From: Rhynchopus sp. YZ270_cl-10
Lineage: Eukaryota
Assembly: GCA_964035575.1 (NCBI GenBank)
Contig: OZ037842.1
Span: 310,001 to 374,000 of the forward strand
Direction of reading: 5' to 3'
DNA length: 64,000 bases
Within the stretch, counting starts at the first letter, position 1. Each line of letters opens with the position of its first letter. The notes beneath the pieces were generated by a model. The model ran no database searches, had not been told where the DNA came from, and saw only the letters and a list, made by a program, of their open reading frames with translations. The translations under genes were made by a program, and so were the position numbers. This document shows, piece after piece, positions 37,715 to 48,789 of this stretch.

Positions 37715-40700
37715 TTAATGATACTCTGGTTTCAATGGGGTGAATGCTTTGGCTTCCACGATGGATCTGAGACGGAGGTACGCGTCATCACCGTGCATCG
37801 CTGAGTTGAGGGCTGCGAAGAGACGCCCTGCTTCGTCCCAGGCTTCGGAGAAGACTTTGTCCCAGACGGCGTTCCAATCGCGGTAGCGCTCGCTAAGCTC
37901 GCAGACGACTTCGTACATCCATTCGACACCTCCTCCGACGCCACCACCGGGACGTTCTTCATATTCGTAGAGACGGATATTTGTTGGACAACGTTTTGGA
38001 AAGGAGACCTCATGCGCTACCCTCAAATCAAACACACCCAACAACCCATCCGTTATGAACATATCCAACGCCCCGCTCAACCCCAACTTACAATTCACCC
38101 TCTCCAACGCAAAGCCCCAGCCCACCGAAGGAGACGTCACCATGACCTTCTTCATCCCTGCACACCCCATATGTCCTACCAACGCATCAGCCGTGGTGCA
38201 CGAAAAGGAAATCCCAACAGCAGGCGCACCAACCGGCATTTCTATTGAAGCAAAAGAGGAACGTGCCTGCGCTGCGGAGCTGACGCATTTTACTTTGTGG
38301 TGAGTGTTCGGTGTAAATGCATTGAAGGTGCACATAATACGGTCACCAGAGAAGAGATCCTGTACGCCTCTGCCGTTGTGCACAGCATCCAGGAGAGATT
38401 GCATGATTTCGGTGTGTTTCTGGGTGACCACATCACCAAAAGCTGGGGCCAAAGCAAAGTCGTGCCAATTCGTCAAATTAAACCACACAATAGACACACT
38501 CTTCTTCTTCAAATTCCCAGCAGAACGGAACTGTGGTGAAGGCGACGGAGATGTTTCTGAGTTCGTTCTCGGAACGGGAAGGGCGTTTTCAAATGGCGGT
38601 GATAATGTTGCGTTTGCGGAGTTTGGGGATTCGGTGGGTGCAAGGCCAAGAGTAACACTACCCCCCGCCGCACCCGCCTTCACCTTTTGAAAGGAATTTT
38701 TTCCAGCAGGACGGCTGTCGGACCCTGCAGACCCACTCCCCTTCATTTCAAAGCTGGGAGGTGTTAAACCGAACGACCCCGACCCGGTTGGGGTGGTAAT
38801 GCTGCGCATCCGCTCTGTGTTCTCACTGTCTTCTGTTATAATAAAGCTTTGCGGGATATAGTGTTTATACTCTATCAGGTTTTGAACAACCTGTTGAAAC
38901 GCTCTGTGCATGACATCAATCTCATATATCGAAGATGGGGGAAGGATTTGGCGTGCATCCTCCATTTTCATGTAAGAAACGTGAACCATGTCGCGAGAGA
39001 GCTGGAGGATGGGTTTGGTTAGCTTTATAACTAATGCATAGGATAAAGCGATGGCAAGAACAGAGAAGGAGAGGAGCACACCAAAATAGAGTAGTACACT
39101 CCGGTCTCGCCGTGCGCGCGCATCGGCGGAGGCTTCATCATGGTGCTCCTGAAACCGTTCTCTCGACGCCACCAACTGTTTTAATATCACATCTGCCGGC
39201 AAAAGAAGCGTCATATACCAGGTAAGCTCGCTTTCCACCCCACGCGAACGCCGGCTTATCCCTTCCGTTGTAGACCAATATTCGGACCCTTCGTACCGCC
39301 ACTGCAAAAAGGAGGTGTTCAATTCGGCCACCTTCGCGTACCCCCCTGCCTGATACACAATAAACCGTCCATGCTGGCCCAGCGTATCGGATTGTTTGAA
39401 GACCGCAGAATCTTCTGGGTGTAGGGTGTTTTCTTGGTTGGTGTGTTCGATAATCGGGGTGATGTGAGGTTCAAACCACGTTGTATTCCCAGCACGCTCC
39501 TTGGGAAGTCCGATGCTCGATCCGACCAGTATGTTGCGCCCTTCAGAATGCCTTCCATTGTCAACAATATAAAGAAGGCTTCCTTCAGGGAGGGAGTGTT
39601 GACGCAATATGTCCGATAAAACAGAGAGGTCGATGGAGGCAGAGAAGAGACCCACTCTGTTACCTTGTCGTGGGTGGTTGTTTGGCATGTCACGGCGCGA
39701 AAAGCTCATATACACCGGAAGCACTGCGACCCCTTGAAAAACCGATATTTTTGAAAAATAAACTTCATCTGCTGTCGCAAGAAACGGCGCCACATTGGCT
39801 TCCCTCTCGCTCGCATCCTCCTCTGTTTTGAAGGCGTTGAACAAAGCGACCTGCGAAAGGACGACAAATTGTTCCGAAATAACATCAGATTCACCGAGAA
39901 CACAGTTTCCGATGATTGAATTCTCTGGAAAGTGCGGTTTGTTGGTTTGCAGCATATACGGCCCAATATGATTATGACCATGAGTGTTAATGTTTTCTGG
40001 GGTAAACGCATTCCAAAAACAGGGTGAATCTGCATTAAGGATATGTCCTTCTCTGTTAACGTGGCCTATGGAGAATGTTCGGGTGGTGGAAAACATCGGG
40101 TTAACTTCATCGTCGTCATGGTCGTCGTGCCCTGTGGATATATCAGATGTGTTGTAGTGGTACCGCTCTTTGTATGATATTGAAGACCCAAAGCTTCCAT
40201 CTTTTTGTTGGGTTTCTGCGACAAAGTAGACCTCCGATTCACTCCCGTTCAGCGCCCCCCGCTCTGTGTCAAATTTGAAGAATCGAAGCAGGCCACCTCT
40301 CCCGTGTACTGCATCAGGATGTGAGGCGCTGAACGGAAGCGCTTCGTACACAAGATCTAGCAGACCCTTGCGTGCATGGATGCGGAGACGGAGGAGCATC
40401 TCCGATCGGAGCGTGGTGCTGATGAAGGCAGGGTCCGTGAGGTCGTCTGCACTAAACTTTGTTACAACGCCGTGGAGCTCCTCAAGTACAAAGGAGGGGG
40501 TGTCCAAGAATTGGTTCACCTCCCCACGCACACCTCCGAGCAGTGCCCGCATATACCGCCCCGTGCTCGAGCGGATCTCAGCCTCGCTGACCTCGTAGTT
40601 CTCTCTCATCTCCTCCTCAGCCTCGTCCCTGCAAGATTCCAACAGCGCGTTGAACTGCACCCACATCAACGAGCCTCCAATCCCTGCAGTCAACAACACC

Positions 40701-40756
40701 AACACCACACACCCGGTGATTAAATAGTACGCTAATTTTAGGCGTGGGAATGTCAT
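37715..40756 (-). CDS. Receptor-type protein: TM, large extracellular (Cache-like) domain, TM, HAMP-like region and degenerate class III cyclase (~1013 aa)
   Basis: Two TM helices, the HAMP-like segment LTKPILQLSRDM...SSIYEIDVMHRAF, and cyclase-like VSIVWFNL...GVQDLFSGDRIMCTFNAF...LVGHMGC. Likely start MTFPRLK. Confidence 0.88.
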   Translation of the reverse strand: MTFPRLKLAYYLITGCVVLVLLTAGIGGSLMWVQFNALLESCRDEAEEEMRENYEVSEAEIRSSTGRYMRALLGGVRGEVNQFLDTPSFVLEELHGVVTKFSADDLTDPAFISTTLRSEMLLRLRIHARKGLLDLVYEALPFSASHPDAVHGRGGLLRFFKFDTERGALNGSESEVYFVAETQQKDGSFGSSISYKERYHYNTSDISTGHDDHDDDEVNPMFSTTRTFSIGHVNREGHILNADSPCFWNAFTPENINTHGHNHIGPYMLQTNKPHFPENSIIGNCVLGESDVISEQFVVLSQVALFNAFKTEEDASEREANVAPFLATADEVYFSKISVFQGVAVLPVYMSFSRRDMPNNHPRQGNRVGLFSASIDLSVLSDILRQHSLPEGSLLYIVDNGRHSEGRNILVGSSIGLPKERAGNTTWFEPHITPIIEHTNQENTLHPEDSAVFKQSDTLGQHGRFIVYQAGGYAKVAELNTSFLQWRYEGSEYWSTTEGISRRSRGVESELTWYMTLLLPADVILKQLVASRERFQEHHDEASADARARRDRSVLLYFGVLLSFSVLAIALSYALVIKLTKPILQLSRDMVHVSYMKMEDARQILPPSSIYEIDVMHRAFQQVVQNLIEYKHYIPQSFIITEDSENTERMRSITTPTGSGSFGLTPPSFEMKGSGSAGSDSRPAGKNSFQKVKAGAAGGSVTLGLAPTESPNSANATLSPPFENALPVPRTNSETSPSPSPQFRSAGNLKKKSVSIVWFNLTNWHDFALAPAFGDVVTQKHTEIMQSLLDAVHNGRGVQDLFSGDRIMCTFNAFTPNTHHKVKCVSSAAQARSSFASIEMPVGAPAVGISFSCTTADALVGHMGCAGMKKVMVTSPSVGWGFALERVNCKLGLSGALDMFITDGLLGVFDLRVAHEVSFPKRCPTNIRLYEYEERPGGGVGGGVEWMYEVVCELSERYRDWNAVWDKVFSEAWDEAGRLFAALNSAMHGDDAYLRLRSIVEAKAFTPLKPEYH

Positions 40757-41104
40757 GGGAGCGAGGGGGGAGGGGGAGGGGGAGGGGGGGGAGTACCTGA
40801 GTGAAAGGTAAGACACAAAAAAGGTGAATCATTTCTGAAACCTGGGGTAAACCCACAAATCTGAGGTTCCTTAACAACAGCCACATTATGAAAAAAAGGG
40901 TAGGGAGTGGGGAGGGGTCGCATTACGCTCTAAAGAAAGCAAGATAATGAATTGTTCTAAAATACTACACCCCACCCCACCACCCCAAAACCTGAATCTA
41001 GTTTAATTGCACCCCAGGGGGCGCGCACCCTCTCTTAGGGACCTGCATGGACCCCGTTTTTTGTGTCCACATTCGGTACCGCCCTTTCAACCCTCCCCCC
41101 ACTC

Positions 41105-41539
41105 CTACAACGTCTGCGTCATAAAGGAAAGGCTCCAGAGCTGATAGAGCATCATCAACACAGCCATCCCCTTACCCCCCATGAAGACCGCGGAGAGATA
41201 GAGGTCTAGCTTGACAACGTAGGGCTGAAAGCGGATAAAGTAGAGTACACCAGCTGCCTCAAGGAGACTGAGGACCAAGGCGGCTACTATGGGGCCTCGG
41301 TACTCCAGCAGGTTGCCCCTTGATGCAAGTGATTTACACACAAGTTCTAAACCAAATATCGCCAACATCAAAAACATCTCCGCAGGAAAAGCCCCTTCAG
41401 GGTACGGCAAAACAATCCCTTTGTACACCCACGTTGCAATGGATGAGACCAGCCACGCTGCGGTGCATACCAAGCTCAGCAGCAGCGACGCCTGAAGTGG
41501 TAGGGAAGAGAGCGCGACCTGGCGAGAATGTTTCATCAT
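41105..41539 (-). CDS. TMEM17/TMEM216-family ciliary transition-zone membrane protein (144 aa)
   Basis: Four hydrophobic helices with family-like motifs LSSLPLQ, K..LPYP, RGNLLE and YF..FQPYV.KLD. Confidence 0.85.
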   Translation of the reverse strand: MMKHSRQVALSSLPLQASLLLSLVCTAAWLVSSIATWVYKGIVLPYPEGAFPAEMFLMLAIFGLELVCKSLASRGNLLEYRGPIVAALVLSLLEAAGVLYFIRFQPYVVKLDLYLSAVFMGGKGMAVLMMLYQLWSLSFMTQTL

Positions 41540-43542
41540 TGTGTCTGTGTTAATGGGTTACCCCCCTTTGTACCAAATGATACAAAAAAAATAAAAACTT
41601 CTTGTGTTGTGTAGTGCTGTAAAGAAGTTTTTTTGGGGGGGAAACTTAATGCACCAGAAGGCGGCGTAGGGTGTGGCGACAAGAAGGAGCGTTCCTTTTT
41701 CTTTTTCTTTTTCTCGGGAGGTCCCAGACCCAATTCTCAGGGGACACTTATATTTAGGGGGCATCTGCATTTAACCCCCCAGGGAAAAGAAGAAAAAAAA
41801 AGGTAAAAGAGAGAGAAAAAAATACCAGACCAGAAGACCCACAAAGATAAAATGAGGGGGGGGATGAAAGATGTGCTGCACGGATGGTGCATGTTTGAAT
41901 GTTAAAAAAAGAAGAGAAAAAAAAAACTCGACGGGAAAAAAGGAGGGGGCGTGAGTCGAGAAGAGGGTGTCATCTACCACTTTAATGAGGCGTCAAAGGG
42001 AAGGGGATCAGGCTTTGCGCTAACTTTTGGAACTATTTTTTTTTTTTTTTTGAAAAATCGTGTTTCGGGACCAAAAACGCCCCTCGAACATCAGGGGGGG
42101 TGAAAAAACAGTGGTTTGTGTCATTTCCGAGCCAATCCCGGGCTGTGGGGGATATACGGAAAAATGGACAGAAGCTGTGCCGTTGCATGGTGTTATTGAT
42201 GGCAAAGTTCGCCTCTCGTTTCGATGCTCTTCCCCCTCACACTACGACTGAAAGGGGGGACACTTTTTGCATCTGACAAATCATATTGTTTTTGTTGAAG
42301 AATTATTGGAATAGTGTAGTTGCCACTTTGTGCAAAGCTACACTTTTTTTTTTACTTGTTACTAGCCCTGGCGGCACGTGTTGTTCTGTGTGGGCTAGCC
42401 GGGTCTTGCGATCCGACTGGTGCCTCTTTTACTCGTTGAGCGGGTTGACACATTATGTGAGCACCTCCCCTCCCTTTTGTTGAAAACTTAGTAGGAGTGA
42501 GGAGCATGATATGACCTCACTTTTTGTAGTCTCAACAAAATCATCGATAAATTTAAAAAAGAGTGGTTGAAACATGCTAAAACGCAAGCTAGGACGAGTT
42601 TATGCAAAAGGGTTTAAAAAAAAAAATTGAAAACAGACAGACTGTTCTGCAAACAACAAAATAGAAGAAATTTTTGTTGTAACAGACAATCACCCACCGA
42701 GGCAGGGTCTGCTATTTATTTTTTTGCCCTATTAATTTATCTTTTTTTGTTGCTATAAAACGGACCCAGGATTCATGACAGTGTGTATTGAGTACGGGTT
42801 TTTTTCTGAAAGGAATAATTTTTCACCTCTGAGCAATACCAATGCGCTTGCTTGTTGCAAACGAAAACTAAACTCATCTGGGGTAACGAAGGGGGTAGGT
42901 GTTGAAAAAAAAAAAATTACCTTCCACGGATCCACACGCAAATTGAGCGAGATTTAATAAGAAAAGAACACCACTACATTTTTTGTTAGTGAACAAAAAA
43001 AAAAAATGGGTCTTTTCCTGCATCAAGATACCTTCTGTTGACAAAACAAAGCAGGCCTAATGCTAACTTTGGGGGAGGGGGGAAAAAAGCGAACCGACGG
43101 AAAAAAAAAAAAAACGAAAAAAAAATTTTCCCTCCGGGAAGGGGTCCAGGGTTTTCGCTTATCTTCATGAAAAAAATTTTTCCCCAAAATCGTGAAGATA
43201 TGTCCAAAAAGGGGTCAAAAAAAATTTTTTCGCGCTCCGCGCGAAAGGTCCGTTCATTTCGCGTAAATACGTGATGACGTGGGATGGTAACGTACATCAA
43301 GAACCAAACCAACCCTTTTCTCACGTTTTTCCACGTCAAGCCCTCGCATTAGGTTCTCTCTAGTGAACGAAACCTTCCCTCAGGACAAGAAGAAACGGCG
43401 GTTGATATCAAAACTTTCTGGCGAAGCCACGGTACGCAACATTTCAAAATTTGTGACCTAAAACCGAACATTTTTACAGCCAAACTATGGTAGAGGTCTG
43501 TGGGCTGCCAGTTTTTGAGCTGCGCCGCAGGCGCACGGTAGG

Positions 43543-43857
43543 CTACTTTTTTAATGCCGGCAAGGGGGGTGCATCATTGAGTCCCTGAAACAAGTCTCCA
43601 TCGTCACCGCCACCGCCATCGCAATCGCCATATTCGCTTTCCTCTTTAACATCAACAGATGCAACACTGCTCTCTGTATCTTCAGAGATCAGAACTTCTC
43701 CAACACTCGATGTCTCGTCGACTGACAGACCCTCCTCCTCCTCGAACCCAGTGGTGGGGCCGCAGTATGCACTGCTGTGTCCTTCTTTTAATCTCCTTTC
43801 CTCCTGAAGATGCGGGCGCAGGTGCCCACATCTCCAGGACCAAGGTACCCACGGCAT
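43543..43857 (-). pseudogene. Possible small acidic ORF or gene remnant
   Basis: GC-richer, E/D-rich frame (MPWVPWSWR...EEEEGLSVDET...). Its stop codon lies within the end of a family F repeat. No homology recognised. Confidence 0.3.
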
Positions 43858-44169
43858 ACCACAGGCAGAGAACCCCCCATCCCAAAAAACCCCCATTTTT
43901 AAGGGTGAACCGACGAACCAACGGATAAATAAAAAAAATAATGAATAAAAGTGAACCGACGAACCAACGGTTAGCATTAGGCCTGAAACAAAGTATAAAA
44001 AGAAAGAAATAAAAAGAAAATGCTCTTAGTCCCCTACCCTGACCCCCCAATTCCCTGCACACTGATTTACCCACTCGTTGTTTTAATATTTTTTTCGTTA
44101 GTATAACACAAATAAGTGAAGCTGCAATGCACCTCCTCGCAAGCATTGCAAAAAATAAAATAAAATATA

Positions 44170-44288
44170 AAGTTGACTTGAAATACAAAGCCCTCTCGTG
44201 AACAGTGTACCTTGGTACAAATGACCGGCTGTACCGGGGGTGGACACCCAACCATGCAGTCCTACATCCATTTCATGGTTTACATCTG
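44170..44288 (+). repeat. Dispersed ~120-nt structured repeat family C (representative, most complete copy)
   Basis: Consensus-like AAGTTGACTTGAAATACAAAGCCCTCTCGTGAACAGTGTACCTTGGTAC...CCGGCTGTACCGGGGGTGGACACCCAACCATGCAGTCCTACATCCATTTCRTGGTTTACATCTG. Copies at ~18796, 19981, 36701, 44170, 47371, 52931 and 60061, with partials at ~2391, 33702, 37028 and 47742. All are + orientation. Confidence 0.92.
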
Positions 44289-46075
44289 CATAAAAAAGGG
44301 TTTGGAAGGTCGTTCTGAAAAAAAGACAGGGGTGATGAAAAAGTGCGCTTTATATCACTGTGTGATACTCTATATCACTCACCAGCCATTCTCCATAGAA
44401 AATGTGTTATCTAAAGTGTGATATAAAGCCAATTATATATCGCTGTAAAAATAAGGTAAAATACGCAAAAACGCACGTGAACTTTATTTCACAGTTAGAA
44501 AAGAGGAAAGCCTCTTCGTGCACACACCCCCAAGAAACATTGTATGGAAGGAAGACACATCTGATTAAAAAAAATAAGTCTGGAAAGATGCAGCCTCTGA
44601 TGCCACCATTTTTTCTTCAGATAGCATGGTGGCCAATAATACCGGATTCGTACAAAATTATCGACCGTAAAAAAGGTCGAACTTCCAGAAAAATCCAAGG
44701 TCGAACATTTTTACGGTGGATAATTTGTACGAATGCGGTAATACGAAACACGTAACCACGCACATCGACTTTTAACCATCTGTGACGCACTTTGCGATGA
44801 TCACAGCATACCCTAACCGATGCGTTTATAACAGAGTGCGCTGCATTTGTGTTCAGCACTGCTGAGGGGGAACGCAACCAGACTAACTCTTCCTGCTTTT
44901 TTTTTTTGAAAGAAACAACTGAGTTACTCTGAGCTTTCAGGGTGTGATACCCACCCGAACATTAGAGAAAAAGCAAACCATTTGCAAAACTGTATCTTAA
45001 ACTGCGCTAAAACTGCAGAGAGGTTCCTCTGCAAACCCAAAGAGGTACGGTTTCCCTTTCTCCTTCTCTCGGGAACACAAAAAAATAACACATTCAATCA
45101 TGATTCACGTTTTATTAAAACCCTTTTTTGTAAGCGAAGACAGTGCGCATCACCCTCAGTTATTTTGCCTACCCAAGGAATCTGCACATTTTGCGTGCAT
45201 AAAAACTTTAGTAAAAAACAAATGACGTGCATTTCACTTCAAACATTGCACCACAATGCAGATGCAGGCGAACAATAAACTGCTTCCTTTCCAAGGGGAG
45301 ATGACCTTAATGGGTAAACTATATGCAGAATTCTCGATGAAGCGCATACGTCTTTGGTAGACTAGACTTTGGGTTGATGTGACAAATCACAAAAAAAAGA
45401 CAATACGGACGACAAAAAAAACAGAACGAAAAAGGGGGGACATAGCTAGAGGTAGAGTAGAGGGACATCAAGATTTTGAGTGGGTTTGGGGTAAGGGGTT
45501 TGGGGGGCTGTGGGGGAAACATAATTGAAGAGTGTGCTAAGATGAGCCTTGGCCTCGCAGTGCTTTGGTCCACCTAGCTGTAAAAGGAACGACAACCCTA
45601 TAAAACCCAACAAAATAATGGCTTTTGCCTCTCTTTTTAAAGAGGGCAGTCGTGTGGGAAAATAGCAACTCTAATATGATGCCCCGGGAGGGGTCGATAT
45701 TGACAGGTCGCTGACACAGGGACTTTATACACACCCCCCCTGATATTGACAGGTCGCCGACAGGTCGTGGCACGTCGCTGACAGGTCGTTGACCGACTTC
45801 CGAAAGCACCATAAGTAAAAGCTTTTTTGTTTTGATTATAGACGACAGAAAGTCGCCGATTTTTTAATGAGAGTTGCTATTTTTGCATAAGTAAAAGGAA
45901 AAAAGGGGGTTTTGTTGATTGCTCAATGCCCCTGTTGGAAGGGGGGTGAATTGGGGTATCTAAGGAAACTATTTCTCCTTTAAGCTGCGCTTTGTAGGTA
46001 TTTCTTGATTTGAACATTAGATTTCCCATATTGTGTTTTTCGAGGTTTCCCACAAAACGCAGATGATGGGGGGGG

Positions 46076-47119
46076 TAGGGGGCACAGCGCTTAAGGAAAT
46101 CCTTAAGGACCCTCTGTAACGCTCGTGTTTTTTCAAGAATTTTTTGAAAAAAAGTCATAAAACCCGCCAAGGTGGGTCTACCTGGTCCCAAAGTGGCCTA
46201 AAATTCGTCGATTCTGCCCAATGAAACACCAAACAACCAAAACTGAGCGTTTATTTTCGGGAAAATTTCACTTTTTTTCGAAAAAACGGCTCCGAAAATA
46301 GTAAGATTTTAGTAAGATTTCCTTTAGGAATGTAACGCTTTCAAAAAAATGGATCCGGGAGCACAGTTTTTCTTCTAAGGTGCCGAAAACCACCCCACGT
46401 CCCCTCCGGTGAGGTCCGGCAGTGGAAATATGTAGGTTTCGAAGCTTTTGGGCGTCCAGATTGGGGCCCGAGCGTGTATTTGAGTGGATGAGACAGAAAA
46501 GGGGGCAGTTTTTACCTCGTTTTTTAGCCCTTTTCGTTACCCCAAAACCCAAAAATCGCCTACAAAACGTCCATAGAAGGCACCAATACCCCCGGGGTTG
46601 ATCTTAGATACCTTATGGGGGTTGAAAAATCGTATTTACAACCATTTTCTGGTCGATTTTGGTGCCCGGAGGTCCAAATAGAAGGTGTGTAACGCTTTGG
46701 TAACGCTTTCTCCTCCCCGGCTAAAATGTGGTTTTTGTGTATAAAAAAAATTCAATATTTTCAGCGAAGACATTGAAAAAACTGGACTTTTGGCCCCAAA
46801 ACCCCCCGGAAATCACTCTGTGCACACATCTGACTGGAAAAAACCACTTTTCCTCTTGTTTTGGACTATTTTAAATTTTTGAATTTTTTGATACATCGCC
46901 CTGTATCAAGTCCCCTCTGAAAAAGGGGGAAATTGGGTGAAAACGTGACAAAAAGTGTCAAAAAATCGGGGGGGAAAGTGCCAAAAGGCATCAAAAAGTA
47001 AGAAATAGTCCCACAAATGTGTTTTCTGGGGTGGTTTTGTGTTTTCGGATATTTTTTTTACACTTTTTCATGATTTTTTGTTGAGTGTTACAGAAAAAAG
47101 GGCCTCGCCGTGCTCCCTA
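46076..47119. mobile_element. hAT-like non-autonomous element (1044 bp)
   Basis: TIR TAGGG(G/A)GCAC(A/G)GCG. GATGGGGGGGG is directly repeated on both flanks (46065-46075 and 47120-47130). Confidence 0.75.
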
Positions 47120-48789
47120 GATGGGGGGGGAGAGGAGGGAAGGTTGGTAGGGAGGAGATGAGTTAAAGGATACTGCGTGGCGCATCTCACAGCTGGCCAG
47201 CATGCTTCTCTCAGTAACTATGATGCATCCTTCTTCCTTTTTTATTGGGAACGATACCTCCCCTTACCTTAGGTAACTCTAAAAAAACGTCAGAAAACTT
47301 TTGCGAGACGTAGATGTTTCATGTGTACAACACACATCTGAAAAGTTGCTCAGAACCTTACAAAAAAGTGGAGTTGAAATACAAAGCCCTCTCGTGAACA
47401 GTGTACCTTCGTACAATGACCGGGTGACACCCAATCATGCAGTCCTACATCCATTTCGTGGTTTACATCTAACAAAAAGAACACCACCCCCAGTACCCAC
47501 CCCATTTTCCATCCCTTATCCTGGCAAAAAGCCGGATCATTTTTTAATTGGAAATCATTATGATTCATATCCAAAAAAAAGGGGGGTCACCTGTTCATGT
47601 TAATCTTACTCTGGCGATCAACGCTTTGAACAGTGTATTCTATGAGAGTTTACACATGAGTGTGATCAAAAACGAAAAGTCGCCATCATAAATATTTCAT
47701 AAAAGACCCTTTGAAAATTTGCGTCAAATTAACGTCAAGAGAAGTTTGACTTACAAAAATACATAAAAAAAGCCCTCTCATGACAGTGCCTTCAAAGTTC
47801 GGTAAGTTTATGCATGATCATCGCCTTTAAACCCGCGGGTTAGAGGGGAAAAAAAACACAGGGCTTTTTTGTTAGAATAAGAAGAAAAATATAAGATGCA
47901 CCTTACTGTGCCTATTCGCCAAAGAAATGTTTGTGCAAATAGGTGTACCGCCGACAAAAAAATCTGATCTATGGGGAAAGTCAACATGATTAGCCAAAAA
48001 ACTACCCCAACAAAAAAACCCCCCCCCAACCCCAGGTGAAGAAAGAACCCTTTCAAAAAGAACGCCCAAAAAGATACCCTCCGAGGGGTTATCTTCTAAA
48101 AGGGGTAAAAAAAAGTGCACAGAAACGTGATAACGCTGGAAAGGAAGAACCACTAATAAACTAATGTGCCGCTGGTGCACAATATGCATACACCTCGGGG
48201 AGTGGGAACACACACACACTGTTTGAATAAAAAAAAAGAGAAAATAGTTGTTTCCAGATGATCCCAAGCCTTCTACTGAGTCATCTAACAAATCAAAAAT
48301 CGAAATGAAGGGTTGCCGGAAAAAGGCCAGAGACCAAAAAATGACAAAAAAAGGGGGAATATTGGTACTTTGTTACAAAAAAAACAAAAAAACAAAAAAA
48401 AATATGCGCAAATAAGGGGGCTAGCCGTTAGTGGCGAAGAAGGACACAGGATAAGGGGACCTCTACCCAAAAAGGGAATTCCCCTTAAACGCCCAGTTCC
48501 ATTCTCTTACTACAGACGTAGTCGCCCCTTGCAATCTCAGGGAACTGAACCCCGTTCGATTCGATGCTGGACGAACCCTTTTTTGCACACCTTTTAAGAA
48601 AATTCGGGGGAAAAAAAAGAAAAGTTTATAAGATGATCCTAAGCCTCTCGTGCTTAGTCACCTTAAAAAAAACTCTCAGTCACACAGACTATTTTCTAAA
48701 AGGGTTGGTTTTTGTACTGAATTTTCTATGATACCTTGAACCAAACCACCTCCCCCCCTCCCTTTTCCACATAACCTGCACAACACAGC

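Noticed and set aside
48490..48575. GTTCGATTC B-box and possible tRNA
   Set aside because: The T-arm, D-arm and anticodon stems do not pair, so no cloverleaf forms.
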